64,000 bases of DNA from the human T2T-CHM13v2.0 reference genome, Homo sapiens. Made by a program: the position numbers and the translations under genes. Positions within the stretch are counted from its first letter, which is position 1; every line of letters begins with the position of its first letter. The notes beneath the pieces were generated by a model. The model saw nothing but the letters and a program-made list of their open reading frames with translations, searched no databases and had not been told where the DNA came from. Below are positions 1 to 11,813 of the stretch, one piece after another. The stretch lies in assembly GCF_009914755.1 (NCBI RefSeq), contig NC_060934.1, one strand, 5' to 3'.

Positions 1-67
1 CCCCAGGAAGTGCACGGGCTAGAGTGACCTTCCTTTTCCCTGGGAGTAGCTGGTTCCCGTGCGGGTA

Positions 68-140
68 CAGAGGTTCGATCCCCTTGTGCAGATGCAGAGG
101 CTCTGTCCCCTCGTGCAGGCTCAGAGGCTCAGTCACCTTG
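68..140. repeat. Degenerate 27-bp tandem repeat, ~2.7 copies
   Basis: CAGAGG recurs at 68, 95 and 122, each followed by similar sequence. Confidence 0.6.
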
Positions 141-729
141 CCACAGCTTGGAGTGACCCTGGGGACTCCGGCTCACCTTCCTCCCTGCCAGCCCTACTTG
201 CTCCCTTTCCCCAGGTGGTGTTGCCTGGAGAAGTCCCCAGTCAACTTCCTGAAAGCAGCTCTCTGCTTCTGGTTTCCCAGGAAACCCTACTCGGGAAGGA
301 AGCTGACCCTGAAATGGGATTTGGAGGCTGGATGGCCCAGAGTGGAAGGCAGGTGGAACTTCATCTCCAGTGGCGGGTGAGGCTCTGACAGTCCCCAGCA
401 CCCAGTCAGGATGGCACTGCTGGCATTTGTCACTGAAGAGCTGCGGTGAGACTCTGGTGGAAGAGGAGGCAACAGTGGTGTGATGTGCCAGGCATGTGTG
501 GGACTTGCTGCACTCAGGGGGTTGTCCATCAGCCAGATCCCAGCGCCATCCAGCTGCCCAGGGCTCCCTTTGTCACTTTAAAACCTCCCTCCATGCCAGC
601 CGCCTGTAGGAGCTGCTTCCCCTGGAGTCAGACATGAGAGGGAGTCTTGCCGCCCAGCCATTATCTGTGTATAGTAATAACACACTGCAATGCTTTTCAT
701 TTACATCACAGCTGAAATTGCTATAAAAC

Positions 730-950
730 TATTTCCCAAGTGTGTTTTCTGCAACAATAGTCCCAAGAGATGCCTTGAAGACCAAGAAATGTTCTGTGGT
801 CACCTAAACCTGGCAAGTGCTTTATAGGATCTCCCTCTTAGGAATCCAAAATGCAGGCTAGCTATTACAGGCTCCGAAGAGTTTGCCACAAAGAATACCG
901 TTTGTTTATTTCAACACAGTGTTTTCAAAATGTAATTTAACATGAGACAT
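730..950. mobile_element. Old non-autonomous hAT-Charlie-type DNA transposon (MER112-like)
   Basis: Resembles recalled consensus (tagtcccaagagatgc...ttctgtggtca...ccctcttaggaatccaaaatgca); exact family uncertain. Confidence 0.55.
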
Positions 951-2074
951 TTACTGGTGATGACCCCTGGCTTGTTGTTTGGTGGTCACTCCAGAAAAGC
1001 TGCTGAAAGTCATTTTTATGTAACCACATTGCAGCCTTCCGGAGGTAAAAGACTGAAACATACAGTGTGCAAATCTCACAGAAGTGCAGCGTCACTGAGA
1101 CTTCACTGTGGCAACTTCAGTCATTCTATCTGACCCTGGGGATCTGAAGGGATGACAGTAACAAAACAGGAGCAACAAAACTTTCCCCCACCTCAGGATC
1201 ATTTGAGGGTGCCTTTATGCCCATCAGCACTCTCCACACCCTCCCACGTGCACCCCGGGCAATCCTGGGCAGCCTCACCACTGGGAGCCAATGAACAAAT
1301 GGATGGCCAAGTGGACAATGGGTGGCAGCATTCCCCCTCCTCACTCTGGCATCCTCCCTTTTGCAAGGGCCTTGCCTTTGGACAGCACTGAACCGGATTC
1401 TCAATTTCCCTCAGTGCTAACATTCTGCTCTCACAGTGTTAGCAGCAGAGATAGGAGATTTCCTGAGTCAATTTGCCACCTGCATAATTCAGGCACATCA
1501 TCTGTTCTCATTGCTACCAAGCTTCTCTGGATCTCCACTTGAAAGTCCCACTTTCTTCTCAGTAAACGCACACTGCGATTCACGAGAAACCGCAAAGCCA
1601 CAGAATCCACTTGCAGCAGGGTGCTCCGTGGCTGGGAGGACTCCAGGGAGCTGCTGCCTGTGCCCCAGAAGGATGCCAGGGATCTAGGAGGCAGGCACGA
1701 TTCCCAGGGACGCATGCATGATTTCAAGGGAAAAAGAGGTTTGTGTCCACTGCAGGTCACTGCTTGAAGGTGAGTTGGAATGGGCACGGGATCATTCCTC
1801 GCTTGGAAAGGGCCCCCGTCCCTGTGGAACTTCTGCAGGCTGCAGTCCCTTGGGTCCTCAGTGAGAGCTATGGTGCTTCAAGGCACACACTCCTAGAAGG
1901 GGTAAGTGGCTGCAGCCAAGCTCTTAGGAAAGTGGGGCAGAACCAGCTCCAGCAGCCTCTGCCTGTCTCGATGTGTGTCCGCCTATGCCAGGAGCACTCT
2001 CCCTGCCCCACACCCTTGGCCTCACTGACTCCACCTCCTCCTTCAGTACTCAGCCCCAGCATCACCTCCGTGAC

Positions 2075-2240
2075 CAGGTTCTCTCATGTGTGCACACTGG
2101 AATCACCCAGGGACCCCTAAAGATACAGAAGCCTGGTGGCTTTCCTGAGATTCTGAATTGTTTCTCCAGGTTCAACCCAGGCTTGGTTTTCAAACACTCC
2201 CAGATGATTCCATTGTGTGGCCAAGGTCAAAAACCTCTGT
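2075..2240. mobile_element. MER5-family DNA transposon (hAT-Charlie)
   Basis: ggaatcacccaggga...gagattctga...ctcccagatgattcc...ggtcaaaaacctctg matches MER5 organisation. Confidence 0.6.
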
Positions 2241-3175
2241 ATGCAGGATATCCTCCTTGCTCCATCCTCTGACCCCAGTAAGGGGTCGGAACTCTGCAAT
2301 CTGTGCACACCAACCAAGGCATTGGCCAATCAGCCTTCAAGACCAAACGCACCCTTCTGGAGATCAGCCCCCACCCTCCCTGCCCAGGCCCCACTGAAAG
2401 GCTCCAATCAATGTCTGCAGTGGGGTTGGGGTGGCGAGGAGGACAGGAGGAAGAGCAAAGAAGTCACAGCTTCCAGGACCCGGGCTGGTGTCTTCTCTGT
2501 TAGGTAACATTCGGAATCTCAGTCCCTTAAGGCTTTTAAGTTGAAAAAAAAAGTTAATTTATAGATTTTTTTCTTCCTCTACCATTTTTAATATCTAGCC
2601 ACATATTACAAAGGATTTTAAGGTGTTTTCTTTTTTTCATGAGCAAACTTTGCTCATTTCACCATCTTAAAAAGTGCCCTCCTCACTCAAGTCACAAACA
2701 GCCCACAGTGCCTGAAAAGGCGACCTTCTGATTAATAGACTGTTTTCTTCAAGTTGGCCTTGGTCTGCAAAATCAGGGCAGCTTATATAGTCTTGTGGTG
2801 AAAAGAAATGTCTTTTTCACATCCTCCAATAAGCACTTACCCAAAGCACAATAAATGGAGAAAATATGTTTCATCACAATAAAATTTAAAAATATACCAA
2901 GCCAGTTGCTAAATATGATTTTTGTAATTACTGGGATATTCTTATTTTGTATTATTAAAGTTTGATATTTTAAATGAGATTTTCTATCCCCTTGAGCAGG
3001 GCTTTTTTTAAATAATTGAATTCCTCTACATTTTGATTAAACCCTTAACCAAGATCACTGTGTATGAATGATAAAATGCAATTACTTTTAAAACCATAGT
3101 TGACTTCAAATTTTCCACCAATGACCTGATTTTAAATAGTCTGTTTATTTAAAAACTTGAAGGTAAGGTGGGAGC

Positions 3176-3392
3176 TGTACCAAAGTGCAGCTGCATTTAT
3201 TGCATCCTGAGGATCGTAAAGGGCTGGGATTGGTGACAGACGCATCATTACAGAAGGTGCAGATGATAGACATTAGAGAGGAGGATGCGGCAAGGCCCCA
3301 CCCACTTGAAGAAGCTCCTCACACACAGGCTAGGTGCTCCCTCATCTGTGGTGCTCCTCCACGGTTCAGGATCCTCCTCCCCTGTGGGCCTG
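3176..3392. repeat. 217-bp inverted duplicate of 6210-6426
   Basis: Reverse-complement alignment by eye, ungapped, about 7 mismatches; also visible as near-identical ORFs 3185..3397(+) and 5737..6417(-). Confidence 0.97.
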
Positions 3393-3639
3393 AATAGGGT
3401 GAAGGCGAATAGGGAGCTGTCCCTCCCCTTCCACAGTTGTCAGTGCAGACCCTCCCCAGCCGAATCTCACACCCACTCCAGCTTTTTCTCTCTGCTCCAA
3501 CCCACCTGCCCACCATGGATGCTCTGTCCTGCAGCCCCAAGCCCTTGGCAAGCACTATTCTGTCCGCATCTCTGTGACTGCAAACAGTGTCCTTTTCACC
3601 ATCCCCTGCTCCTAGGGACCTCATCCTAGGCACCACTCC

Positions 3640-3845
3640 TACCGTGAAGCCTTCCCTGATCCTGGAGCCTAGACCAGCCCCCGCAGCTGTGATTTATCCC
3701 TTCTAGCAGGCGTGACATTGACCCAACATTTAGCTGTGTGCTTATTGGAGTGTCTACCTCCATCTCTGGACTACAACCTCCTGAGGCCAGGGCTATATCT
3801 CCACTGGGGATTATTGCCATGGTGTGTCCAACCGAGTGCCTGGGC
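3640..3845 (+). mobile_element. L2 3' fragment, highly diverged
   Basis: tgtctacctccatctctggactacaacctcctgaggccagggct resembles the L2 3' end motif. Confidence 0.5.
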
Positions 3846-5121
3846 TGGAGAGGGTGGTCGAGGCAGACATGCCGGGGAGGACAGCTGGACGGTGAGCATC
3901 GTCCTGACCTGGGGTGGGAAGGTCTAGTTTGTTGAGGGAGCCATGCTTTGCTGCCTGTGATAATCATGCTTTCAGCGCACTCGGAAAGGCTAAATGGGAA
4001 TTTATTTTCATGAAATCGTCTCTGGAATGGTGACATTTTATCTAAAGGCACCTTGTGGCCCTTGAGGATGTAAACTGCAATATTTAATGCCTCCATTGCG
4101 GCAGCCCACAGGATGGGTCCTTGTTACTTTAGGCTTGGAAAATAGTTATGTGATAATTTAATTTAAAAACCTTCTGGTGGCAGGACTTCCCATACTTTTA
4201 CCCATTGGAAAGATTCTCTGTGCTTTCAAAATGATTTTCACTGAATGGTGCTTAAAATGCCGCGCCTTCACCCCGCCTGTAATGGACCCATTCCCACTCC
4301 CTGCATGAATGTGTGGGAGGATCCTCCCTTGCTGTCCCCTGGGGGGGCCCACGCTGAGTTCACACACACTCACCACCGCACCAGCAGCCCACCTTCTTCT
4401 CCTCAGGCTGCCTCTCCTTTCTTCTGTTTAAATCGGGTCAGTGTGGTCAGAGCTGCAGACAGTGATGAGGGGGCAGGAGCGGGAGGCCAGCTGCAGTAAA
4501 ACCCACGTGAGACTCAAGTGGCCCAACAGAGATGGGAGCAGACAGCAGGTGCGGAGAAAACCTGCCGGCGAAGCGTGTCGGTTGGTCTCCATCAGTGATT
4601 AGCAGAGGCGTCCTTATCGGGCCAGGGAGCTTTTGCAGACTTTGATTGACAAGGCATCGATTTCTCCATCTGTGGTTCTGCTTGTCTCTTCGAGGTACTA
4701 AATAGAAACTTACCTTGCAAACGTCCTGTTGGTTGCTTTATGGGATCTGGTCTCAGGAGGCTGAAGGATTATTCATGCCGAGGACGGCTTGAAATAAAGT
4801 CAAGTACAATAGTCTGTGTTTCCATTACTGAAAACTCTGATGCTTATGTATGTTCTCTTCATGGATTCAGAGCCCTTCACCTTTTCTCCCTGCGAGTGAG
4901 GTTCACTTTGTGATGTGTCCCATAGTCCCGCCACATGGGTCTCAAACTGGCCTGATCTATGCTTTGGAATCTGTTTGGCCTGCAGTTCTTGAGGAAGGTA
5001 AGTTCTCACCAGGGTCACCCAGAAGGGTACCTGATTTTGTCTCTTCTGGCCTGCTGCTCTAGATGGAAGGGGCTACCTGGCAGCTGCCAGCCAGCAGTGT
5101 CCTTGCCAGATGAGGGATGAA

Positions 5122-6268
5122 GAGCAGCACCATGGATGAGGGAGCACCAGGCCCACAGGGGAGGAGGATCCTGAACCGTGGAGGAGCACCACGGATGAGG
5201 GAGCACCAGGCCCACAGGGGAGGAGGATCCTGATCCGTGGAGGAGCACCACGGATGAGGGAGCACCAGGCCCACAGGGGAGGAGGATCCTGAACCGTGGA
5301 GGAGCACCACGGATGAGGGAGCACCAGGCCCACAGGGGAGGAGGATCCTGAACCGTGGAGGAGCACCACGGATGAGGGAGCACCAGGCCCACAGGGGAGG
5401 AGGATCCTGAACCGTGGAGGAGCACCACGGATGAGGGAGCACCAGGCCCACAGGGGAGGAGGATCCTGAACCGTGGAGGAGCACCACGGATGAGGGAGCA
5501 TCAGGCCCACAGGGGAGGAGGATCCTGAACCGTGGAGGAGCACCACGGATGAGGGAGCACCAGGCCCACAGGGGAGGAGGATCCTGAACCGTGGAGGAGC
5601 ACCACGGATGAGGGAGCACCAGGCCCACAGGGGAGGAGGATCCTGAACCGTGGAGGAGCACCACGGATGAGGGAGCATCAGGCCCACAGGGGAGGAGGAT
5701 CCTGAACCGTGGAGGAGCACCACGGATGAGGGAGCATCAGGCCCACAGGGGAGGAGTATCCTGAACCGTGGAGGAGCACCACGGATGAGGGAGCACCAGG
5801 CCCACAGGGGAGGAGGATCCTGAACCGTGGAGGAGCACCACGGATGAGGGAGCACCAGGCCCACAGGGGAGGAGGATCCTGAACCGTGGAGGAGCACCAC
5901 GGATGAGGGAGCACCAGGCCCACAGGGGAGGAGGATCCTGAACCGTGGAGGAGCACCACGGATGAGGGAGCACCAGGCCCACAGGGGAGGAGGATCCTGA
6001 ACCGTGGAGGAGCACCACGGATGAGGGAGCACCAGGCCCACAGGGGAGGAGGATCCTGAACCGTGGAGGAGCACCACGGATGAGGGAGCACCAGGCCCAC
6101 AGGGGAGGAGGATCCTGAACCGTGGAGGAGCACCACGGATGAGGGAGCATCAGGCCCACAGGGGAGGAGGATCCTGAACCGTGGAGGAGCACCACGGATG
6201 AGGGAGCACCAGACCCACAGGGGAGGAGGATCCTGAACCGTGGAGGAGCACCACGGATGAGGGAGCAC
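5122..6268. repeat. 59-bp minisatellite (VNTR), 19 full units plus a 26-bp partial unit
   Basis: Unit caggcccacaggggaggaggatcctgaaccgtggaggagcaccacggatgagggagcac; first full unit at 5148, last at 6210 (18 x 59 apart); only single-base variants. Confidence 0.99.
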
Positions 6269-6668
6269 CTAGCCTGCGTGTGAGGAGCTTCTTCAAGTGG
6301 GTGGGGCCTTGCGACATCCTCCTCTCTAATGTCTATCATCTGCACCTTCTGTAATGATGCGTCTGTCACCAATCCCAGCCCTTTACAATCCTTAGGATGC
6401 AATAAATGCAGCTGCACTTTGGTACAATCTGTTCACCCAGAAATGTCTATTTTTAGAGACTCACTTCAAATTAGCCACATTAATTGGGTGGGAAAATGTG
6501 TTTTTCTTGATAACTTCCAGGTTCTTCAGGGATCCTGGAACAAGGCCAAGCCTGTTGTCCTGCCCAGGCCTCTCCCTTGAAGGCTCAGCACTTCAGGGCT
6601 CCTAGGTGAGAGAAGCATACAGTACTCTTGCTCTTGCTGATCTCATCACTAAGGGTTTTCCTGGGAGT

Positions 6669-6839
6669 GTACTGGGTACCTCAGAGAACCTCTTTGGGGT
6701 TTGGGGCACTGAGTACTGGGTAACTCACAGAACCTCCATGGGGTCTGGGGTACTGAATACTGGGTACCTCACAGAACCTCCATGGGGTCTGGGGTACTGA
6801 ATACTGGGTAACTCACAGAACCTCCTTGAGGTCTGGGGA
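6669..6839. repeat. 44-bp tandem repeat, ~3.9 copies
   Basis: Units start at 6669, 6713, 6757 and 6801 (gtactgggtaactcacagaacctccatggggtctggggtactga). Confidence 0.95.
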
Positions 6840-7249
6840 CCCAGCTCACTGGCTGCACAGACAGGAACGGCAGCCCTCTTCTCACTGGCCCTAGTGCCGG
6901 GTAGGGCTGTGCTGCCACCTCTCCGACTGCCAGGTACTGAACCCACCTGTCTCGCCACAGCAGTGTTCTGACCACCTGCATGGCCACAGCTGCCCTTTCT
7001 GCTCTTCTCTGGGATTTCGGTCTTGCCACCTTGGAGGCTCTTCAGGCTCTGGTGTCTTTGAGTCCCCAGCTCCTAATGCAAAGTCCAGGGCAGGTCCTTC
7101 ATACTGACCAAGCCCAGGACAGGAGCCACACTCATCCCCAGAAGGCAGGAGGTGCATGTCTGCATTGGCAGCTGTTACACGGGGCAGGCGGGTTCCTGAC
7201 TCCCACTCCAACTCACAGGAGGGCAGTTCCCCAACCTAGGACACAGGTG

Positions 7250-7577
7250 TGTGACAGTCGATTTCATGTGTCAAGCAGATCACTTTCCCCAGTGTGGGTC
7301 AGCCCTCTCCAGCCTACTGAGCCTGAAAGGAACACAAGGGCTGAGTGGGAAGAATTCTCTCTGCCTAACCATCTTGGACCTGGGATGTTGGTTTTCTCCT
7401 GCCTTCAAACATGGACTCAAACTAGAACCACAACATCGGCTCTCTTGGTTCTTAAGCCCATGGACTCAGGCTGGAGCTCACATTACCAGCTTGCCTGGGC
7501 CACTAGCTTCCCAACTGCAGGTCATGGACTTCTCATGCTCCCAAACTGCATGAGTTAATTTCCTATAGTAAATACCC
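7250..7577 (+). mobile_element. MLT2 (ERVL) LTR, internally deleted
   Basis: Starts tgtgacagtcgatttcatgtgtcaa; contains ttctcctgccttcaaac...ggacttctc...tgcatgagttaatttcctatagtaaat typical of MLT2. Confidence 0.75.
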
Positions 7578-7584
7578 CTCCACA

Positions 7585-7707
7585 GCTAGTTAGCTAGCGA
7601 GCTAGATACATACATACATACATACATACATACATACATACATACATACGTACGTACGTACATGGATGGATGGATGGATGGATGGACGGACGGACGGATG
7701 GACGGAC

Positions 7708-7746
<39 letters not shown>

Positions 7747-7972
7747 CAGACGGATAGATAGATAGACAGATGGATAGATAGGTAGATGGATAGATAGATG
7801 GATAGATAGATGATAGGTAGATGAATTAAAAGATAGGTAGATGGATAGATATGGTAGATGGATAGATAGAATTAAAAGATAGATAGATAGATAGATGATA
7901 GGTAGATGAATTAAAAGATAGGTAGCTGGATAGGTAGATGAATTAATAGATAGGTAGATGGATGAATAGACA
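7585..7972. repeat. Compound tetranucleotide microsatellite (TAGC)(TACA)n(TACG)n(TGGA)n(CGGA)n(TAGA)n with degenerate GATA tail
   Basis: Directly visible. Confidence 0.97.
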
Positions 7973-10576
7973 GCCTGTTCACAAGCTAATTTCAACAGTC
8001 AGCCACTTGTCAACAACACTAACAATGCCATTAATGTGCAGGATTTAAATGCTACTTTTAAATGTTTATAATTTAAGAATAAAACATTCTACTTTATGTT
8101 CTCATCTTCCATGTAGAGTTTCAAAATAAATATTTTAAACCTTGAAATTCCAGTTTTATTTTTGCAAACACGTGAACTTAATACCGAGAAAAATAATTTC
8201 ATCAGATATCATATTTTTTTTCAAAGAGAATGAAATTGGTTCTTCCATCCTCAATTCTCAGTCTAATCAGATGGCTCCTTCTAAAGGTAATATCCATATC
8301 TGACACCTAATTTATGTCCTGATTCATCTGGTCAGACTGAGGGAAAAGTTACCACGAGTATGCACTTCCCACAGCACTGAAGCACCTTTCAGAAGGCTCA
8401 CACTGAATTATCAGATGTTCAAAAGTCAAAGTAAGGTGATCACCGAGAGCTGCCATATGATTATTTTAGGGTAATTTTCCAGGCATTGAGAACATGCGGG
8501 GCTCCACAGCTACGGCGGGATTGTGCTCCTAATCGGAAGATCAAGGCCCCCAGAACTGTGTTCACCAGGCCCCATCTTATCTCCTTCAAGCAGAGATGCC
8601 CCCACTTCCAACACTTATTCTAATTTACTTGGTGCCTTGGTTGTTTTCACAGAGAGTCTGAGGCACAGCTTATGAATGTGGAGACAACACTGCTCAGTGT
8701 GACCTCATCACTCCCACAGCCAAGGGTCCCTCCAGCCAGCAGGCACCACTGGAAGACTGCCTCCTCTAAAGGTGCGGCAGGCCACTCCTCCGAAGCCCAG
8801 GATGCAATGCAGCCTGGGACAGGGGTTCCCCTGTCCTTCCCTTTGGGTCAAGTCTTGGTTGCTCTGATCTCTGGAGCAGGATTCCAGGGTCCCAAGACCA
8901 CCGTACCTCCGCAATGAGACACGGGCGCGATCAGGACAGGCTCAAGCTGTTTGTTCATTTTTCTCACAGATCATCAGCGGCATTCCCATTGCGACAGTTT
9001 CTTGTTTTATGCAGTCATGAATTCTATTCTGCAATTGTAAATTTCAAAGCCATTGTAAACTCTATGTTCCAAGGAGTGGGCTCAGATGGAACATCAGCTG
9101 AAGACGTTCACTGCATCTTTTCAGGGGTTCTACCCAGGAAATAATTCTTAGTTCTGTTCTCTCTTTTGACCTGTGTTCCCTCCTGAAAATTGTGGGTCCC
9201 GATGGGAGAATTATTCTTGCCCTAAGCAGAAATATTGCCAAGCTTGCACGGGACCTATTTCGTGCACAGTAATTCAGGCAGGAATGTTTGTAAATTTTCC
9301 ATGAGAAGCTGGTTTTGTCAAGTGAGTTTAGAGCAGTCAATTGGAGGTGATCGGCCATTGTGGGATAAGGCTTTGACTCTCGAGTTCGGTAAAATACTCC
9401 CAGGGGTGCCTCAATGAACTGAAATAATAGTTTTGTGAAAGTCTCAACTGTTTAAAGCATGTGTGTGTGAGACCGATGCCAATGTCTGCAGTGTTGCTCT
9501 GTCTGTGGCTCTCGTCTGAGGACAGCCAGTGGGCAGGAAAGGTGAAGGGAGCGAGGGCAAGGGGCTCACAGAACCCCCCAAAGCCTGGCAGCTTCACACA
9601 GCACTTGCAGTTTCTGCAGGAGCCGTCCAACTTGTCACGTAGCAGAGAATGACCCATCAACCTCCAGGTCATGATACAGAGACTCTGGCCTTGACAAGTA
9701 ACCACAGGTGACAGAGAAAAGGGAAATGGCAGGAATGAGTGGCAGGAGATGCAGGTTCAAGCCACGGACCCTCACCTGGGAAAGGACTCGGCTCCCCGCC
9801 AAATGGCAACACCAAGACTTAAAAGACTTAAGCTATGCACTTGGTATGATTTTCCTTTTTAACTGACTTGTTCCAATTTACCAACCTACTACCAGCAGGT
9901 ACTTATCAAACAGAAAGCACCCCCTGTGGGATCTGCAATGCTGGGGGGACCCCACCCCAGGACAGCAGCTGCCTGGGGCAGCAGGAAGGCACCAGTGGTG
10001 TTACCTGGCATTTGGAAGGAGGTGGGCCCTGAGCAGGGTGCAGGTGTTCCCTCTCAGGCAGGAAGACCCTGACCATGGGGGTCTGTGCACAGAGTCCAGG
10101 CAGGGAGAACATGAGGCCAGTGAGATGGAGGCTGGAGGGAGGGAAGGTGTCTGGAACAGGCAGGTCCCTGCAGCTGCTGCAAGAATCTCCAGAACAGCCA
10201 CAGCTGGAAGTCAGGCGGGAGCTGCAAGGAGGAGCCCATCCCTGTGGCCGCGAAGGGCAGGCTGAGGAGTGGACACTGTCCACGGACATGCGAGCCATGT
10301 TGATCGTCTTTGGTTCAGGGTCCAGGCCCGCTGGGGGGCTGTTGGAGTGGCGGAGGAGAAGAGTCTGGGATCCAGACCCCTGAACTTGAACCTGGGACCT
10401 GGGTTCCGCCTTTGCCTAGCTGTGTGGCCTCTGGCGCCTGTGTCCCCTCTGCAGAGTGGAAATGATGAAACCTTCCTGGAGGGGTTGCTACACAGCTCAG
10501 AAATAAGGTGTGTTAGCCCGCAGCTCAACTCAGCGTCCCTGGATCCCATCCGTCACACACCCTGGGCAAGCACAGA

Positions 10577-10670
10577 GGTGAGAACTGTCTGCTGGGATGT
10601 GTGGTCAAGGCGGGGTCATCAGGGGTGAGAACTGTCCGCTGGCATGTGTGGTCAAGACAGGGTCATCAGG
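10577..10670. repeat. 47-bp tandem duplication
   Basis: ggtgagaactgtc...gggtcatcagg at 10577 and 10624. Confidence 0.9.
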
Positions 10671-11211
10671 GCCCCCCCTCCACCTGGTCCTGGTGCGCCT
10701 CCCTCTGTCTGACTTTTCCTTCTGTGAGGCCCCAGTGTTCCAGTGCCCATCGGTGTGCCCATGGCCGTGACGCTCCCCCGTCTGCACACTGGTGACCCCA
10801 GCCTCGCCTCCACCCCAGGCCTCCCCAGGGCCCACCCCAGAGTCACACTTCCCTCTCCCTGGAGCAAACCCAGGCCCATAAGACTTCGTCTTTATGCAGC
10901 CCAGGTGAAGGTCAGCGCCGTGGGTAAAGGTCAGTGCTGCAGGGATGCTCGGGAGCAGCGGGTGCCTGAGCCCCTAGGGAAGCTCTCCCTCTGCACTTCA
11001 GGGCCACCTTCTTACCATGAACTCAGAGAAAGTGCTGGTGCAGCTGCCACCTTTGGGGGATGTCAACACCCCAGGGAGTATTGGGCCAGTCTCTTGGTGG
11101 ACTGTCTGAAACAGGTAACGCAAGCACCAATACCACCTCCTTTTTCACTATTTCTAATGTTAATGACTCACTGGTAAAAATTTAAAAAAAAATTTAAATG
11201 AAACCTCGCTC

Positions 11212-11813
11212 AGTGTTGCATTAGGTCCCTGTCACTGTAACACATTGCCACAAACTCAGTGTCTTCAGAAACACAAGTGACTCCCTTCGAGTCTTGTAGG
11301 GCAGAGTCCAGTGTGGGTCTTCCTGGGCAGAGTTGAGGCTCCAGGGCGGAGTCCACTCCATACCTTTTCCTCCTTCAAGGGGTTTCCGGGATTCCTTGAT
11401 TCATGGCCCCATCCTCCACCTTCAGAGCAGTGACGCTTATCCCTCTCACCTCCTGGGTCACCTCCCTCCCTCTCACCATCCTGGTGGTCACCTCCCTCTC
11501 TCTGACCTGCCTGGTGGTCCCCTCCCTCCCTCTGACCTGCCGGGTGGTCACTTCCCTCCCTCTGACCTGCCTGGTGGTCACCCCTCTCTGACTCTTTTCT
11601 GCCTCTCCTTCCCCTTTTAAGGACCCTGGTGATTACACTGGGCCCACCTGGATGATCCAGGCTCATCTTCTGACTTTAAGGGCAGTTAATTAACCATAGT
11701 AATTCCATCTGCCGCTTCAAATTCCCCACTTCCATGGAACCCAACTTATTCACAGGTTCTGGGACTTTGGAACAGGACGACCTTAGGTGGGGGACATTAT
11801 CCTGCCCACCACA
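11212..11813 (-). mobile_element. MLT1 (MaLR) LTR, MLT1D-like
   Basis: tgtaacacattgccacaaactcagtg ... ttttaaggaccctggtgattacactgggcccacctggatgatccagg ... gggggacattatcctgcccaccaca. Confidence 0.8.
11441..11592. repeat. 30-bp tandem repeat (~5 copies) grown inside the MLT1 LTR
   Basis: ccctctgacctgcctggtggtcacctccct repeated with variants. Confidence 0.9.

Noticed and set aside
5148-6268. CRISPR-like regular array
   Set aside because: No unique spacers, units are contiguous, and the context is primate DNA with no cas genes.
5015-6417. Long - strand ORFs (up to 334 aa) through the 59-bp VNTR
   Set aside because: A stop-poor unit not divisible by 3 cycles through all frames, so the ORFs are repeat artefacts with no protein similarity.
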